Positions 27,950 to 40,915 of a stretch of DNA of 60,000 nt are shown one piece after another. This DNA is from Camelus dromedarius (lineage: Eukaryota). Position 1 is the first letter of the stretch; each line of letters begins with the position of its first letter. The translations under genes and the position numbers were made by a program. Below the pieces are notes generated by a model. It did not search any database. It was not told the origin of the DNA and saw nothing but the letters and a program-made list of their open reading frames with translations. Location of the stretch: the NCBI RefSeq assembly GCF_036321535.1, contig NC_087447.1:45758001-45818000 (forward strand), given 5' to 3'.

Positions 27950-28360
27950 ATTCATGACTCAGGGCCAGATTAGAAACTAGAATCCTCAGAGACCTCATGC
28001 CCTTTACAAAACTGGCTCTGGGGGATTTTCTCTTGAAAGCTCCACCCAGGCAAAGAGCAGTTCCCTCATAAAGACAGAGAAGACTGAGACAAAACAGACA
28101 GAATTCCATCCTGGTGCTCAGTCTGGTGAGTCTTCCCTGTCTCCCAGCTCACAGTGCATCCATAGGACTCAGTGATGGACAAAGGGGAAGAAGAGGAATG
28201 CAAGAGAAAGAAAAGTGACATCGGATAAGTTTCGGGGAAAGAAGACTGACTAATGGTGCAGCTTAGGGAAAGAATAGCATCATATTTAGGGAGGATCATA
28301 TAATTCTAGTAAAAGCATTTAGATTTCAGCCTGAATCCATTCAATGTGCATTTCAGAAAG
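27950..28360 (+). promoter_or_regulatory. Putative promoter and non-coding exon 1 of the OR52E2-like gene
   Basis: TGACTCA (27955), O/E-like TCCTCAGAGA and CTCTGGGGGA, CATAAA (28067-28072), donor CTG|GTGAGT (28126); homologous to 7040-7460 and 43560-43850; ~3.1 kb upstream of ATG 31256. Confidence 0.72.
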
Positions 28361-31255
28361 ATTTTTCTGCCTGATATCTAAAAAATGATGGATGCCTAGT
28401 ATCTTTGGAAAATGCTTCAAAGTGTTTTATAAGAATTATCTATTCTAAAATCAAGGGTTTAATTTTAAGGGTTTATTTACACTTATCATTTCTATTTTCT
28501 ACATGAAGAAACTGAAGTACAGAGATGTCAAAGTTCTTGTGCAAGCTCACACAGCCACTTTATGCAATAGACTGTGATGCGGGAGATACAAAAACAAATG
28601 ATATATATTCTATCTACCATTAAGGAATTCATATTTTGTAAATATTTTATTGAATTTTCACAGCCATAAACAAAGTGCACATGATAAGAGTGTGGCTCAA
28701 TTAATTTTCTACAAACTGATTATACCTGTGTAACCAGTATATAAATGAATAAACAGACGTTATCAGCATCCTGAAAGTCCCACCCATACTGACTGCCAGT
28801 ACTCCAAAAAGTCACAACTATCCTGACTTCTTAGACTATAGATTAGATTTTACTAATTTTAACTTTTATTTAAATGGTCGGTTTCTTTCTCTCATCATTA
28901 TTTTGTAATATACTTCCATTTTATGGCGTGCAGTTGTAGACTGTTCATATGTTTGGTCTTTTACTATATACTATATTTAAGAATACAGAAGAAAAAGGCA
29001 TCGAGTCTTTATGAGGTCATTTACCAGCGCCCCAAGTATATATCTGAATTATGTCTTGAAGGATGCTGTTTATAAAATTTGCTTGATGGAACTTTCCATT
29101 ATTGTTTACATGCTTTTATCCATTTTCAGTTTGGACATAACACTGTTATTTTTACCAATTCAAATACAAGAAAGTCAGGGAGAAAATATCAGGGTGTTCC
29201 TATGGTAAGATCAAATGGATAGACTAACTCTGGGCAGGAGTGAAATTTCAAGATGTTAAACACAAGATTGTAGGTATCATTGATTTGAAAGATAAGAACC
29301 AACATTGCTAACAACCCTTCTGTAACATATCCATCTCACTGTAACTTTGCCTCATCTAAACTTTTGTAATTCCTGAAGACCTTGTCAACAGATATAAGAC
29401 TACCCTTTGTACCCCTTTTCACCTTCATTTATCTATAGAGGTTATATGTTGCCCTTAGGGTTTTACACAATTTAATCAGCAAAGAAAAACTACTTAATGT
29501 CCTCCCTCAGGAGCATAAAGATTTATATAGCTGAGAAATCAGATCTTGTGCCTTTTTCCACATTCCCAGTTTCCACTCTGATGTTTTGTGTACTTTGTCT
29601 ATATTTGTCTCCCACTTGGTTTATTCATAAAACTTCCTGGCTACTTACCTGATATTTACCCTCTGCATGATCATAGGCTATAACTGTATGACCAGCAAGA
29701 CATAGTTTTCACTTATTTTATTTGCAATCGAAGAATATAATACCATTCCTTCCCTCTCCGAAAAGCCAGAGGAGCAGCTTATTTTTACCCTTTAGCAATC
29801 AAATCTACAACTAGTATGTAAACTTCCGCTGAGAAATTGTTGCATATGTGTATACTGGAAAAAGGAAAACTTTGTTGATTTTAAGATGATTTCCACCCAT
29901 GGGATTTACAGAAAATCTTGCCTCCATGAGTAAATTCTACGTTCCATCCTTCTGTTATCCATTGCCATACCTTTTGAAAATATTCATGATTCCGTTGTGA
30001 CATCACCTTATGAAAGTAGACTCTGTTCCCGTGGGAGCTGCCTCACAGTATCTCCTGCTCCTAGCTTTGCTCGGAACTAGGAATGGTAAACCATTCATAC
30101 TCAACTGCTTCTTCCGTAACCTGTTCATTATACTCTTTCTTTCCCTCTTTATATCAATGTCTAGATAATACTCTGACTTTCTTGCTGAAAATGAAATCAT
30201 AATTAATATTGCTGCCATGGAATCTTCAAATGATCAGAAAAGAGACTTTACACTAGAAAATACTTACACACATGGATGAATAGATACTTTGGAAATCCCC
30301 TATCAAATTTTATAAGCAAACAACATGAAGACATAAAGAAGGGTTTAGGGAACTTTGAAAATGATTGAGTTATCATGCATCTGATTTAACAATAATTTTT
30401 TTGTCTCTCTGGTTTTTGATTGGCATTTTGACATGTATCTTAAACTCCTAAAGTCATAATTGACTCAGCTATAAATGAGGAATACTAACATACTCTTTTC
30501 AGATGGATGCTGTGAGTTTTAAAAAAGTGTGTATTTTTGTAATGTGTGTGGATTATGTGCTTGTGTGGTACCTATATATATATAAAACATAGGTAAGACA
30601 TATCCTTTATTTCCATTTTTCTTCCATTTCCATTCACTACTTTTCTCACTAGCTTAATTTCCCAGACCTTCCATTAAAAGTATTTTAAATTTCTGATAAA
30701 GCTCTTAAATACTTTGATCCTTGGATAACATATATGTAAAACATGTAAAATTAATGTTCTTCTTGAACTTTTTTTTAATATTAGAGATGATTTTTGCTCA
30801 GAGACTGGCCAAAAGTCTTTCAAATAAATGGTAGTTGGTAATTGATGTTGCTGTTTTCAGTACTCTTCTTATCTTATATAATAATGACTAAATACTAATA
30901 CAATGATTGATTTTAATCCTTTAAAGTAATTTTTAATATTTTGATGGTTTAATATTTTGATAAATTTTGATAAATCCATGTGCTTATTGATTTGTTATTG
31001 TCCATCCTGTGTGTCAATCCCTGTTTTGTCATTCAGTCAAGTGGAACTGATTGCCATAATTGTATTTAGAGGCTAGCAGAACCTTAAATTGGTCAGAAGG
31101 GTTGGGGGAGGTGTCTATTGGTGATGATTGCAATAATGAGAGAAGGTAGCTAATTAAGTGTTCTTATACTATCTTTCAAAGCCACAGAAAACTATCCAGT
31201 GACCTACAGATTGGGTGAGCATACATTCCTGAAGACCTATGCATTACCAAATAGG

Positions 31256-32182
31256 ATGTTCCTTCCCAATGACACCCAGTTTCACCTCTTCTCCTTCTTG
31301 TTGCTGGGAATCCCTGGAATGGAAACACTCCACATCTGGATTGGCTTTCCCTTTTGTGCTGTGTATGTGATTGCACTCCTAGGGAACTTCACCATCCTGT
31401 TTGTGATCCAGGCTGAGCACAGCCTACACCAGCCTATGTTCTACTTCCTGGCCATGTTGGCTACCATTGATTTGGGTCTCTCCACAGCCACCATTCCTAA
31501 GATGCTTGGGATCTTCTGGTTCAACCTCAGAGAGATCATCTTTGAAGCCTGCCTCACCCAGATGTTTTTCATTCACAACTTCACACTTATGGAATCTGCA
31601 GTCCTTTTGGCAATGGCTTATGACCGTTATGTGGCCATCTGCAACCCACTCAGATATAGCACCATCCTCACCAACAAAGTTGTCTCTGTGATTGGCCTTG
31701 GTGTGTTAGTGAGGGCATTTATTTTTGTGATTCCATTTGTATTTCTCATTTTGCGGTTGCCCTTCTGTGGGAATCATGTCATTCCGCACACCTACTGTGA
31801 ACACATGGGTCTTGCTCGCCTATCTTGTGCCAGTATCAAGATCAATATTATTTATGGATTATGTGCAATTTGTAATCTAGTATTTGACATCATAGCCGTT
31901 GCCATTTCTTATGTTCAGATACTCCGTGCTGTTTTTCGTCTTCCTTCCCATGAAGCCCGACTCAAATCCCTCAACACCTGTGGTTCTCATGTTTTTGTAA
32001 TTCTTGCCTTTTATACACCAGCCCTCTTTTCCTTTATGACACATCGCTTTGGACAAAATGTTCCCCGCTATATTCACATACTTTTGGCCAATCTTTATGT
32101 CGTAGTACCACCAATGCTCAATCCGGTTATATATGGAGTCAGAACTAAGCAGATCTATGATCGTGTGAAGACAATACTGTGA
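31256..32182 (+). CDS. OR52E2: Olfactory receptor 52E2-like, class I OR, 308 aa
   Basis: Intact [79 protein letters not shown] recognise these residues as matching human OR52E2. The upstream GTG-start extension in the ORF track is not used. Confidence 0.93.
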   Translation: MFLPNDTQFHLFSFLLLGIPGMETLHIWIGFPFCAVYVIALLGNFTILFVIQAEHSLHQPMFYFLAMLATIDLGLSTATIPKMLGIFWFNLREIIFEACLTQMFFIHNFTLMESAVLLAMAYDRYVAICNPLRYSTILTNKVVSVIGLGVLVRAFIFVIPFVFLILRLPFCGNHVIPHTYCEHMGLARLSCASIKINIIYGLCAICNLVFDIIAVAISYVQILRAVFRLPSHEARLKSLNTCGSHVFVILAFYTPALFSFMTHRFGQNVPRYIHILLANLYVVVPPMLNPVIYGVRTKQIYDRVKTIL

Positions 32183-33382
32183 TTGAAACAAGGAAAGGAA
32201 AAAGAATGACATGTAATACATATGAGGTTCAATATGCAATTTTATGAAACTTAAGTCAGAGAAATGCCTTCTTATAAAAGTTATGTTAGATGTATCTCTT
32301 TATTGGCTATCTCCTGTAAGTATTTCAATGCCTTCTACCAGCTTTTCAGACCACTTCTTCCTCTTATCTACTGCTGTATTCTCTTTGTTCCTTATAATTT
32401 CATTTGGCTGGTTATTGCCATTTTACTTTATTCTTTCCAATATCTGATTGATATTTTATACCAAAAGTTTTGAATTCATCCATTTTTACTAGATCCATTG
32501 GTGTTTCATGGAGCTTCTTTCTTCTCCCAGTAGAATTATAGTTATTTTCTGAGTGTCTGTTTTCATAACTGCATGCTACTGGGAATAAAATGGTGACTAT
32601 GCCACTTTCTTTGGCTTTGTGGAATTTATCAAATTTAAAATTAGTCAAAAAAATCAATTTATAAGCATTCATCCTTTTTCTTTCAGCCTTTTAATATCCT
32701 GATAATTGTTTCTCTCTGTTTACAAGTTATATTTAAAGCAACCTGACAATTTTATTATCTTAATTATACTACTGATTTCATGCACATTTATCATAACTAC
32801 TGTTATTTATTCTATTAAATGTATTACATTATATTTACTATCTTTTACTTCAGCCTGGCCTATAGATCTTTCATGACCAAGATTTTCTTTTTTTGAATTA
32901 TTTTTGTTACTATTGTAAGTCGCCTTTGCTTTGCTTTTATGCATAATTTTACAATTAAAATCACTTTAGCCATCGCCCCACTAATGCCCATACAACCTGT
33001 CAAATTTTAGTATAAGTTAGCAGTCTTACCACTTTCTAGTTAATAAGGATCTTTGAAAAATTTTAGTCTCCATATCTGCTTGCTGACATATACTATTGCT
33101 GGTTTAATTTACTTCTTATAAATTTTAAAGCATATTGTTTGGGACAGTCAATATTCACTTAAATGTTCCCCAATATTTACTGTTTCTATTGCTATTTGTT
33201 CCTTCTTGCATCTTCAAAATTATATCTGTAATGATTTTATTCATGTGTGAAGAATAAACTGAAGTCTTACCTCCTTGATGTAGTTTTGCTGGTGATGAGT
33301 TTTCTGCTATTCTTTGCCTGAAATAATTTTATTTCATTTTAAGGTTATTAGAGGACATAGTATTCTAAATTTACTGGGGTTT

Positions 33383-34132
33383 TCCAGCTTTATGGAGGTA
33401 TGATTGACAAATTAAAATTATCTATATTTAGCTTGTACAATGTGGTTTTTAAAGTGTACATGTGGTGTTTAATATACGTATACATTATGAAATGATTACC
33501 ACAATTAAGTTAATTAGCACATCCATCACTTCACATGGTTACCTTTTGATTTTTGGGATAACACTTAAGATCTACTCTCTTTAGCAAATTTCAAGTACAC
33601 AAACAGTATTATTAACTATAACCACCATGCTGTACTTTAAATCCCTTGAACTTACTCACCTTCTAATTGAAAATTTATACCTTTTACCAATATCTCCCTG
33701 TGTTCCCACTCCCCAGCCACTATTCTACTCTCTGGTTCTGTAAGTTTGACTTGTTTTTAGATTGCACATAAAAGTGAAATCTTACAGTATTTGTCTTTGT
33801 GTCTGATTTATTTCATTTAGCAAAATGTCCTCTAAGCAAGATTTCCTTCTTTTTATCAAGGAATAGTATTTTATAGTTTATGGTTTATATATTCTTTACT
33901 ACATATTCTTTATTGTTTCATCTGTTGATGAACATTGAGGTTGTTTCCATATCTGGGCTGTTGTGGATAATGATGCCCTGAACATGGTAGTGTATGGTAG
34001 TGTACATATTTCTTCAAGCTACTGATTTCATTTCTTTTGGATATATACCTGGAAGTGGGCTTCCTGGATCACATGGTAATTATATTTTTAACTTTTTTGA
34101 AGAAATTCCATGCTGTTTTCCATGATGCCTGT
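33383..34132 (-). mobile_element. L1MA-type 3' end
   Basis: ccagctttatggaggtatgattgac..gaaatgattaccacaattaag..taagatctactctctttagcaaatttcaagtacac..attaactataaccaccatgctgtac. Confidence 0.85.
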
Positions 34133-34339
34133 GTCAAAGCTATTATATAGTAAAGAGGTTAAAATTAAGCACAAAGGAGTCCAAATGCCTGATTTCCACA
34201 CCAATTTCTACCAATCCCTAGCCATGTGTCTTTGAGGAAGCTACTTAACCTACATAAGGTTATTCATTGCAGGTATGAAGCAGGTTTATGTAGCCATTAT
34301 CCTGATATTTTATGTCTACATTGTTTTCAGTTTTTTAAA

Positions 34340-34596
34340 GCAATATAGGCTTCTCATCCCTCAGAGGGACAATTCTGAGGTGTGTTCCATTTGGTTCTTC
34401 AGAGACCCTAGTACAGTATTGTTGCCCACAATGGTAACCAACACACTGATTTTATTGAAGTGTTTTTTTTTTTCCTTTCCTATCTTAGTGTCCCCAGTCC
34501 ATTACTGTGCTTCCTGAGATGAACCTTCAAATAAACTGTAAGCCCTTAAGTCCTTGTTGAAGGCTACACTTTCAGGGGAACCCCAACCAATATAGA
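34340..34596 (+). mobile_element. ERVL LTR fragment (LTR16-like)
   Basis: gggacaattctgaggtgtgttcc..gcttcctgagat..caaataaact..gtccttg..ggggaaccccaac 3' LTR motifs. Confidence 0.55.
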
Positions 34597-36214
34597 GGCA
34601 TTAATAGGATTGTTAGTGTATTAATATAGGAGTAAAATTGCTCAACAAAATATGGATCTATTTTCTCTCTGGTTTATGTGTCTATGGGTATATGTGCACT
34701 TTTCTTGTTTTCTGAATGAAAAGCTAATTGTTCTAGAATTATTTAATTATTAGTCCATCATTTTCCCCACTGACATACAACATAGAAATGCTAAGTACAT
34801 ACATTATATTTTGTATGAAGTAAATAGTTAAAATGAGGTGAATCCCTTCAGGTTCAATAGTTTTTTTGTTTTGTTTTGTTTTTTGTTTTTGTTTTTGTTT
34901 TGTATTTTTACTTCTGAAAATGTATTTTTCTTCTCTCTGTCATACTTGATAATTTAGTGGGAATCAATTCTGAAATTGACAATTATTTTTCTTCAGAATA
35001 GTAAGAATAGTATTTTATTATCAACTGGTATTTTTGTTGCGTTGAAGAACTTTGCATCTAGACAAATTGTCTTTCCTTTTTTTGGTTTTTAAATTTTATT
35101 GCTTATATGTCCTTTTATTTTCTCTTTATCTTTGATTATTTAAACTTTTAATGCAGTTGTAGAATGTAATTTTATATTATAGTCTGGTAACTATTTTTGA
35201 ATAAACTTTTGATGTGAATATTATATATTTATGCATTTATAAATATTTATAATGAGAAAGTACTCATATATCTTTTAAAATATCATCTTCACCCTATTTT
35301 TCAGTTCTTCTTTTAAACATCCTATAAATAATAATTTAGAAGCTCTTACTCTATGCTCTATCAATGTAAAAACACAACTATCAATTTTATTTTTTTACTC
35401 AGTACTATTTGGAAATTCTATATAGTTATCTTTTTAGGATATCTACTTTGTTTATTTTATTTGTATTCAGCAATACTTATTACATGATTCTGCATTTTTT
35501 AGTTGGTTGTTTCTTTTTACTCAGTTATAAGTTTTTATTAAATTTTAAACCTTTCTTTTTAAAGATGATAAATGTAAAAATTTGAATAGGTCTTCATTTT
35601 GTTTAGTTATTTCAACTTCTCTGCACTGATTTATTTTCTTACTGTAACTATTTTGATTGACCCTCTTTATGTGTTGTATTATATAAGTCTGAAGATCCAC
35701 CTCAAGTGGAGTATTTCTCTATCTCCTTTTCCTATTCTTTTTTTTATCAGTCTCTTTTTTCCTCTTTCTTTCTCTCTTACTCACTTTACCCTCTGTCCTA
35801 TAAATTTCACCTACAAATTAATTCCTGTCTAGAAATTTTATGACAGTCTCTACTAAAACTCCTGTGATCTCCAGTGCAAAAATTAGTCTTCTAGTTGGAA
35901 TTTCAGGATCTCTAAGAGGCAGTGATCAGCAGGTGCTTGGATCATTTGAGTTCAGAAGTTGAGAGTGTGGTCTGTGAACTATAGTCATGCACCTCCATGA
36001 AAGTACTGACATAAAAAATTTAATCCCCAGAAGTGTTTTTCAGCTTTCATTCTGTTGTAGTAAATCCTATCCTAAACTTAATTTTGTATAGTTAGGCTTG
36101 TTTTAGTCTTCTGAGTCTGGTAGAATAATTTAGTCCTCATCAACTCACAAAAGTGGGTACTTCATCTTATTCAGCATCTGATTTTTTCCTGGAGTACTTT
36201 GTATATACTTTGTT

Positions 36215-37330
36215 TACTTTTCGAGGAATAATTTACATGTAGTAAAATGCATAGATCTTTTGTGTGCTGTTTGAGGAATTTTGACTAATGAATGTACTCA
36301 GGTTGCCAACATGTAAATCTGATTATTTATATTTCCAATATTTCAGAAATACAGTTCATACTACTTGCCTTGTCTCTCAAGATAGCAAACATAATTCTGA
36401 TTTCTATCACCATGGGATTGTTTTGCCTGTTCTTGAGCTTTAGCTACACTGTTATAGATACAGTATGTATCCTTTTCCCTTTAGCTTATTTCACTCAGAA
36501 AAGTGGAATTTTTAAAATATGTATTACATTGCAGAATGTACAGTGTTTTTTCCTTTTATATTACTGAGTAATATTTCATTGTATGAATACACTCCAATAT
36601 GTTTATCCATTGTCCACTTGAAGTACATTTGGATTGTTGCCCCTTTGGTAGTATTGTGAATAAAGTTACCATGAACATTTCAATACTGGATTTTTTTTGG
36701 ACAAATGCTTCCGTGTCTCTTGGCTAAACGATTAAAAGTAGAATTTTTAGGTCATAGGATGGATGTAGCAAAATGTATATTTAACATTAAAATATTTCCC
36801 CCCTACCATCAACTTTTATTTTAGTTGTTCCTTATTTGTATTGTCAGTTTACATTGTCATCACTTCATATCATCATTAAATGTGCCAATCTAGTGGGGCA
36901 TAAAAAGGCATTTTATTAACTTGAATTCTCCTTATGACTAAAATTTTTAGGCATATTGTCTTGTGTTTATTAGACACTATGTATTTTTCTTTATGAGTAC
37001 ATGTTCAAGCTCTTTGCCCACTCTTTAATATAATTTTTTTCATCTCTTAGTTAATTGAGTTATAGAATATCTTTACATAGTCTGAGTTCATGACCTATGT
37101 CAGAACTATGTATTCTAAATTTTTTCTTCCCATCTGTGGTTTGTTGTTTCATTTTCAAATGGTTTCTTTATAGAATACAATATTTTAATTTTGATAAAAT
37201 CCAAGATAGTCTCCTTTAATGTATCTTGTTGAAGAAATCTTTTTCTACCCCAAGGTCTCAAGTAAATTACTTTATCATTTTCTTCTAGAGGTCTTATAAT
37301 TTGAATTTTGATAATTAGATTAAGAGCTTA
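36215..37330 (-). mobile_element. Old L1 (L1MB/L1MC-type) 3' fragments
   Basis: Degenerate L1 3' UTR/ORF2-end motifs (aatttacatgtagtaaaatgcatagatc; gtttatccattgtccacttga; ctaccccaaggtc). Confidence 0.6.
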
Positions 37331-37961
37331 AATTTATCTCAAGAAATCTTCAGAACTTGGATTTATCTCAAGAAATGCTCAGATTCTGTATAAAACTTGA
37401 AGGCAGAGCAAATGCAGGTGACAGTTTTGATGTGGATTTTCAGAGAAAGACGGGGGTCAAGGATAGGTCCATGTTTTATTTTTCTTAGGACTTTAGAAGT
37501 GGGACAATGACCAAAAATTAATATATGAAATACAGGAGTGTTATGTGTTTTTAGAAATCTTGGCAACAACAGGCTTTCATTTATAAATAAGGTTAAAAAG
37601 TGACCAGAAAAATGTGAAGTAGAAGAAATAATTGAACAGTAGACATTCAATTTGACTTTCTTTTAAACTTCTTCCTTTACATTTTCATGGCTTAATATTT
37701 TATGATACACATTATGTATGTTCAACATTAAACATTTTACACAATTAACAAATCTTCCAAAAATAAGTCTCTCACAGTTTAGGGATAAATAATTTAACAT
37801 CCAGGAAATTTTTTTGTGAAAATTATATTTTCTTGATATTTTGCATACTGTACACAATTTTATAACTAATTTTTCACTTAATACCAATCATGAAAAGAGT
37901 TCAATACCAGTAAAATACCTTAAAGTAATTCATTAAAGATTATACATATCATTACATTGTA

Positions 37962-38198
37962 CAGTAGTTGTAAAAGTCAAACTGTGAAATCACAGTGGCT
38001 GTTTTGGAATCCAGGCTCCATGTGGTATTAGCTGCCTGATCTAAGGAAACATAATTTGTATCTGAATGTCTCATTTTTCTCAATTGTGGCAGGATAAAAA
38101 TAAAACCGGAGCCATAGGATTACTGCTAAAATGAAATCAAAAAGTATTTGAAACCTGTGCCTGATACACAATGAGAGCTTTAGAAATATTAGCTATTA
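37962..38198 (+). mobile_element. MIR SINE
   Basis: ggaatccaggctcc..tctgaatgtctcatttttctcaattgt..cataggatt..gtgcctgatacacaatgagagc..aaatattagctatta. Confidence 0.6.
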
Positions 38199-39419
38199 TA
38201 TGCTTTTGAATAATTTTTTTCTTTATTATTAATTACACATTTAAAATCATACTGATTTCAAATACACTCTGTTTTGATACTCATACCCAAGTTTGTGGAC
38301 ATTTCTCTGTTACTCTTGACTGATAGTCTTCAAAGTGTATCATCCAATTTTGAGCATATTAGAGCATTTACTCAATTATAGTTTTAACTAAAAATACAGT
38401 AGGACTATATTTTCCAATTAAATTTGAGAATAATACTAAAGCAATAATGTTAAATCTGTTCCAAAAATAGCATTGGTCTCTGAGACAATGAACATAATAA
38501 TAACTTTCTTACAGTTTAAGTCCATGCTATGTGTCAGACAGTGTTAGCCCTTTGCTCATATTAATGCTTTTCCTTACAAAAAATATAATTCCCCTCCCAC
38601 TTACACAGGAGACCCCCCCTCCCAGCATTGCAGAGTTAGTTATTATAAGTTAAATACCCAGTGTTTTGTCATAGAATATAGGTGGTACATGAGCTGTCGT
38701 AAACCTACCCTACAAGCTTCATCCCCACTTCAATCTCAGTATTAACCATACTGCTCTACCTTACACGTGAATCTGCAAAAATAAGGTTTTGTCAAATCTC
38801 TGTGATTATCCCCATGTTGTTTTCTCTTCATGAGATCCCTTTGTGTACTAACAGAAAAGTAGTTTTAGGATTCCATGCTATTCATTCACTTATATATGAT
38901 ATCTGAGCATTTATTCACTCCCTGAATAGAAATTACCCCTTCTTATTCAGAGATTTGATTGTATTTCATAGACTTATATGTTTATCTCTCAACATGCTTC
39001 ATTGCAGAGATTCTGTGTTCTCTCAACACACCAGTTTTTATAAGGCAAATTACATTTATAGCCAAAGTATACAAATAACATTAAGAAATTAAGAAATTGT
39101 TCTTAAAAGAGAGAGAGAGAGAGATTTGATATGACCAAAGTACATCCATCACTGTTTTCTAAATGAATAGTGCTTCTATAAAACATATAGGGAATATTTT
39201 TAATGAGATGGATATGTATTTAGTTTTAAACATACTGAATTTCTAGTATTTTGTAAGAATACATTTTTCTTCCACTTAGTCCCCTGGCCTCTTTCTTTCA
39301 CTTTACTTCCTGTTTCTAACTACTCTACTAAGCCAATCAATCAACCCTTCAATTAAACCAATAAGAAAAAAGCTGTTTGTACTCTAAAAGTAAGTGAAAT
39401 GGAGTACTCAACTAGGTTA

Positions 39420-39640
39420 TGAAAAGAGGGGCAGAGCAGGAAGAGAAAGCTACATAAGAAATATTGAAGCAGGCTGATGGAGAGAAATTTGGAGGACAGA
39501 AAGAGAAAAAGAAATAGAGAAAATGAGCAACAGAAGAAGGAAGAGAGAAAATGGAAGGGGAGGAAAAGAAGAAAGAGGAGAAGAAGGAGAGAGAGAGCTG
39601 GAGGGAGAAAGAGGAAGAGAAGGAGAAGGATGAGAGAACA
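39420..39640. repeat. GA-rich polypurine low-complexity tract 3' of the 39962 gene
   Basis: Almost purine-only on +; gives rise to spurious R/K-rich and F/L/S-rich ORFs. Confidence 0.85.
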
Positions 39641-39961
39641 CCTGGTACCCACAGTGGAAATGAAAACATGTCTTCTGTAAATTGACCCCCTAGATATCTG
39701 GGAATCATGAACACATCTTATGCTTATCTTCAAAATAATCATATAGAATGTTTGCTAATCCAGCTTGATATCTAGAATCCAAAGCTTCCTATTCTCATTC
39801 CCTGAATGAGTTAATACACACAAAAAGACATCCTTCCCATTAAGTGATCGTGGCTGTACCTCGTTTACAAGGCCTAATTTCAGGGCATCTCCTCATTTAT
39901 CAGATGTATACATGTTAACATGTAATCTTTAGGACCAAAACAGGAGGTGTTTATCTTCTGT

Positions 39962-40915
39962 TTATTTTGGGATGAATATTCTAAGCACCCTTTCACGGAT
40001 CTGCTTGGTCCTGACTCCATAGATGACAGGGTTGAGCATTGGTGGAATAACCACATAGAGATTGGCCAGGAGGATATGAATGTAGCGGGGAACATTCTGG
40101 CCAAAACGGTGTGTCATAAAAGAGAAGAGGGCTGGGATGTAAAAGGCCAAAATTACACAAACATGGGAACCACAGGTGCTTAGAGACTTGAGCCTGGCCT
40201 CACGGGAGGGGAGACGGAAAACAGCACAGAGAATTTGGACATAGGAGAGAGCAATGGCCATGATGTCAAATCCCAGGATAGCAATGGTCCCCAGACCATA
40301 TATGATGTTGACCCTGATACTTGCACAGGCCAGACGAGCAAGCCCCATGTGCTCACAGTATGTGTGAGGAATGATGTGGTGTCCACAGAAAGGCAGTCGC
40401 AAGATGAGGAATACAAAGGGAAACACACAGAATAAAGATCTCCCAACCACCCCAAAGCCAATAAGAGATACTGTCTTGTTAGTAAGGATTGTGCTATAAC
40501 GAAGGGGGTTACAAATAGCTACATAGCGGTCATAAGCCATGGCCAGAAGGACTACTGACTCCATGCCAGTAAAGATGTGAATGAAAAACATTTGAGTGAG
40601 GCAGGCATCAAAAATGATCTCCCTGAGGCTGAACCAGAAGATGCCCAGCATCTTAGGGATGGTGGCTGTGGACAGTCCCAAGTCAATGGTAGCCAGCATC
40701 GCCAGGAAGTAGAACATGGGCTGGTGGAGGCTGTGCTCAGTCTGGATGACAAACAAGATGGTGAAGTTTCCTATGAGTGCAATCAGATACACAGCACAAA
40801 AAGGAAAGCCAATCCAGATGTGAATGTTTTCCAGTCCTGGGATGCCCAGCAGCAGGAAGGAGGAGGGGTGGAACTGGGTGTCATTGGAAAGAGGCATCTT
40901 GGCTTGTGATTTCAT
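39962..40915 (-). CDS. Olfactory receptor, OR52E subfamily, intact (317 aa from ATG 40915 or 311 aa from ATG 40897)
   Basis: Full 7TM ORF with [79 protein letters not shown]; acceptor ttgttttttttccag at ~40991. Confidence 0.95.
   Translation of the reverse strand: MKSQAKMPLSNDTQFHPSSFLLLGIPGLENIHIWIGFPFCAVYLIALIGNFTILFVIQTEHSLHQPMFYFLAMLATIDLGLSTATIPKMLGIFWFSLREIIFDACLTQMFFIHIFTGMESVVLLAMAYDRYVAICNPLRYSTILTNKTVSLIGFGVVGRSLFCVFPFVFLILRLPFCGHHIIPHTYCEHMGLARLACASIRVNIIYGLGTIAILGFDIMAIALSYVQILCAVFRLPSREARLKSLSTCGSHVCVILAFYIPALFSFMTHRFGQNVPRYIHILLANLYVVIPPMLNPVIYGVRTKQIRERVLRIFIPK

Noticed and set aside
29640..29800. Minus-strand translation LLKGKNKLLLWLFGEGRNG..LAGHTVIAYD, reminiscent of SF3 helicase Walker A/B (endogenous viral element)
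   Set aside because: No catalytic Lys-Ser/Thr after the glycine loop, spacing to the Walker-B-like stretch too short, and stops in frame; not supportable without a homology search
31199..31255. Non-ATG N-terminal extensions in the ORF track (also 48075-48107 and 58007-58021)
   Set aside because: GTG/TTG starts from the ORF caller; these are 5' UTR sequence upstream of the conserved ATG
37325..37385. Short direct repeats (atttatctcaagaaat x2; similar micro-duplications at ~650, ~1385, ~5950, ~13730, ~33985)
   Set aside because: Two-copy slippage duplications with no repeat-spacer array; not CRISPR-like
39197..39207. TTTTTAATGAG, matching the core of the H-element homeodomain site
   Set aside because: Isolated, no nearby O/E site noticed, and expected by chance in AT-rich DNA
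39353..39742. Several 60-130 aa ORFs rich in L/F/S or R/K
   Set aside because: Artefacts of the GA-rich low-complexity tract
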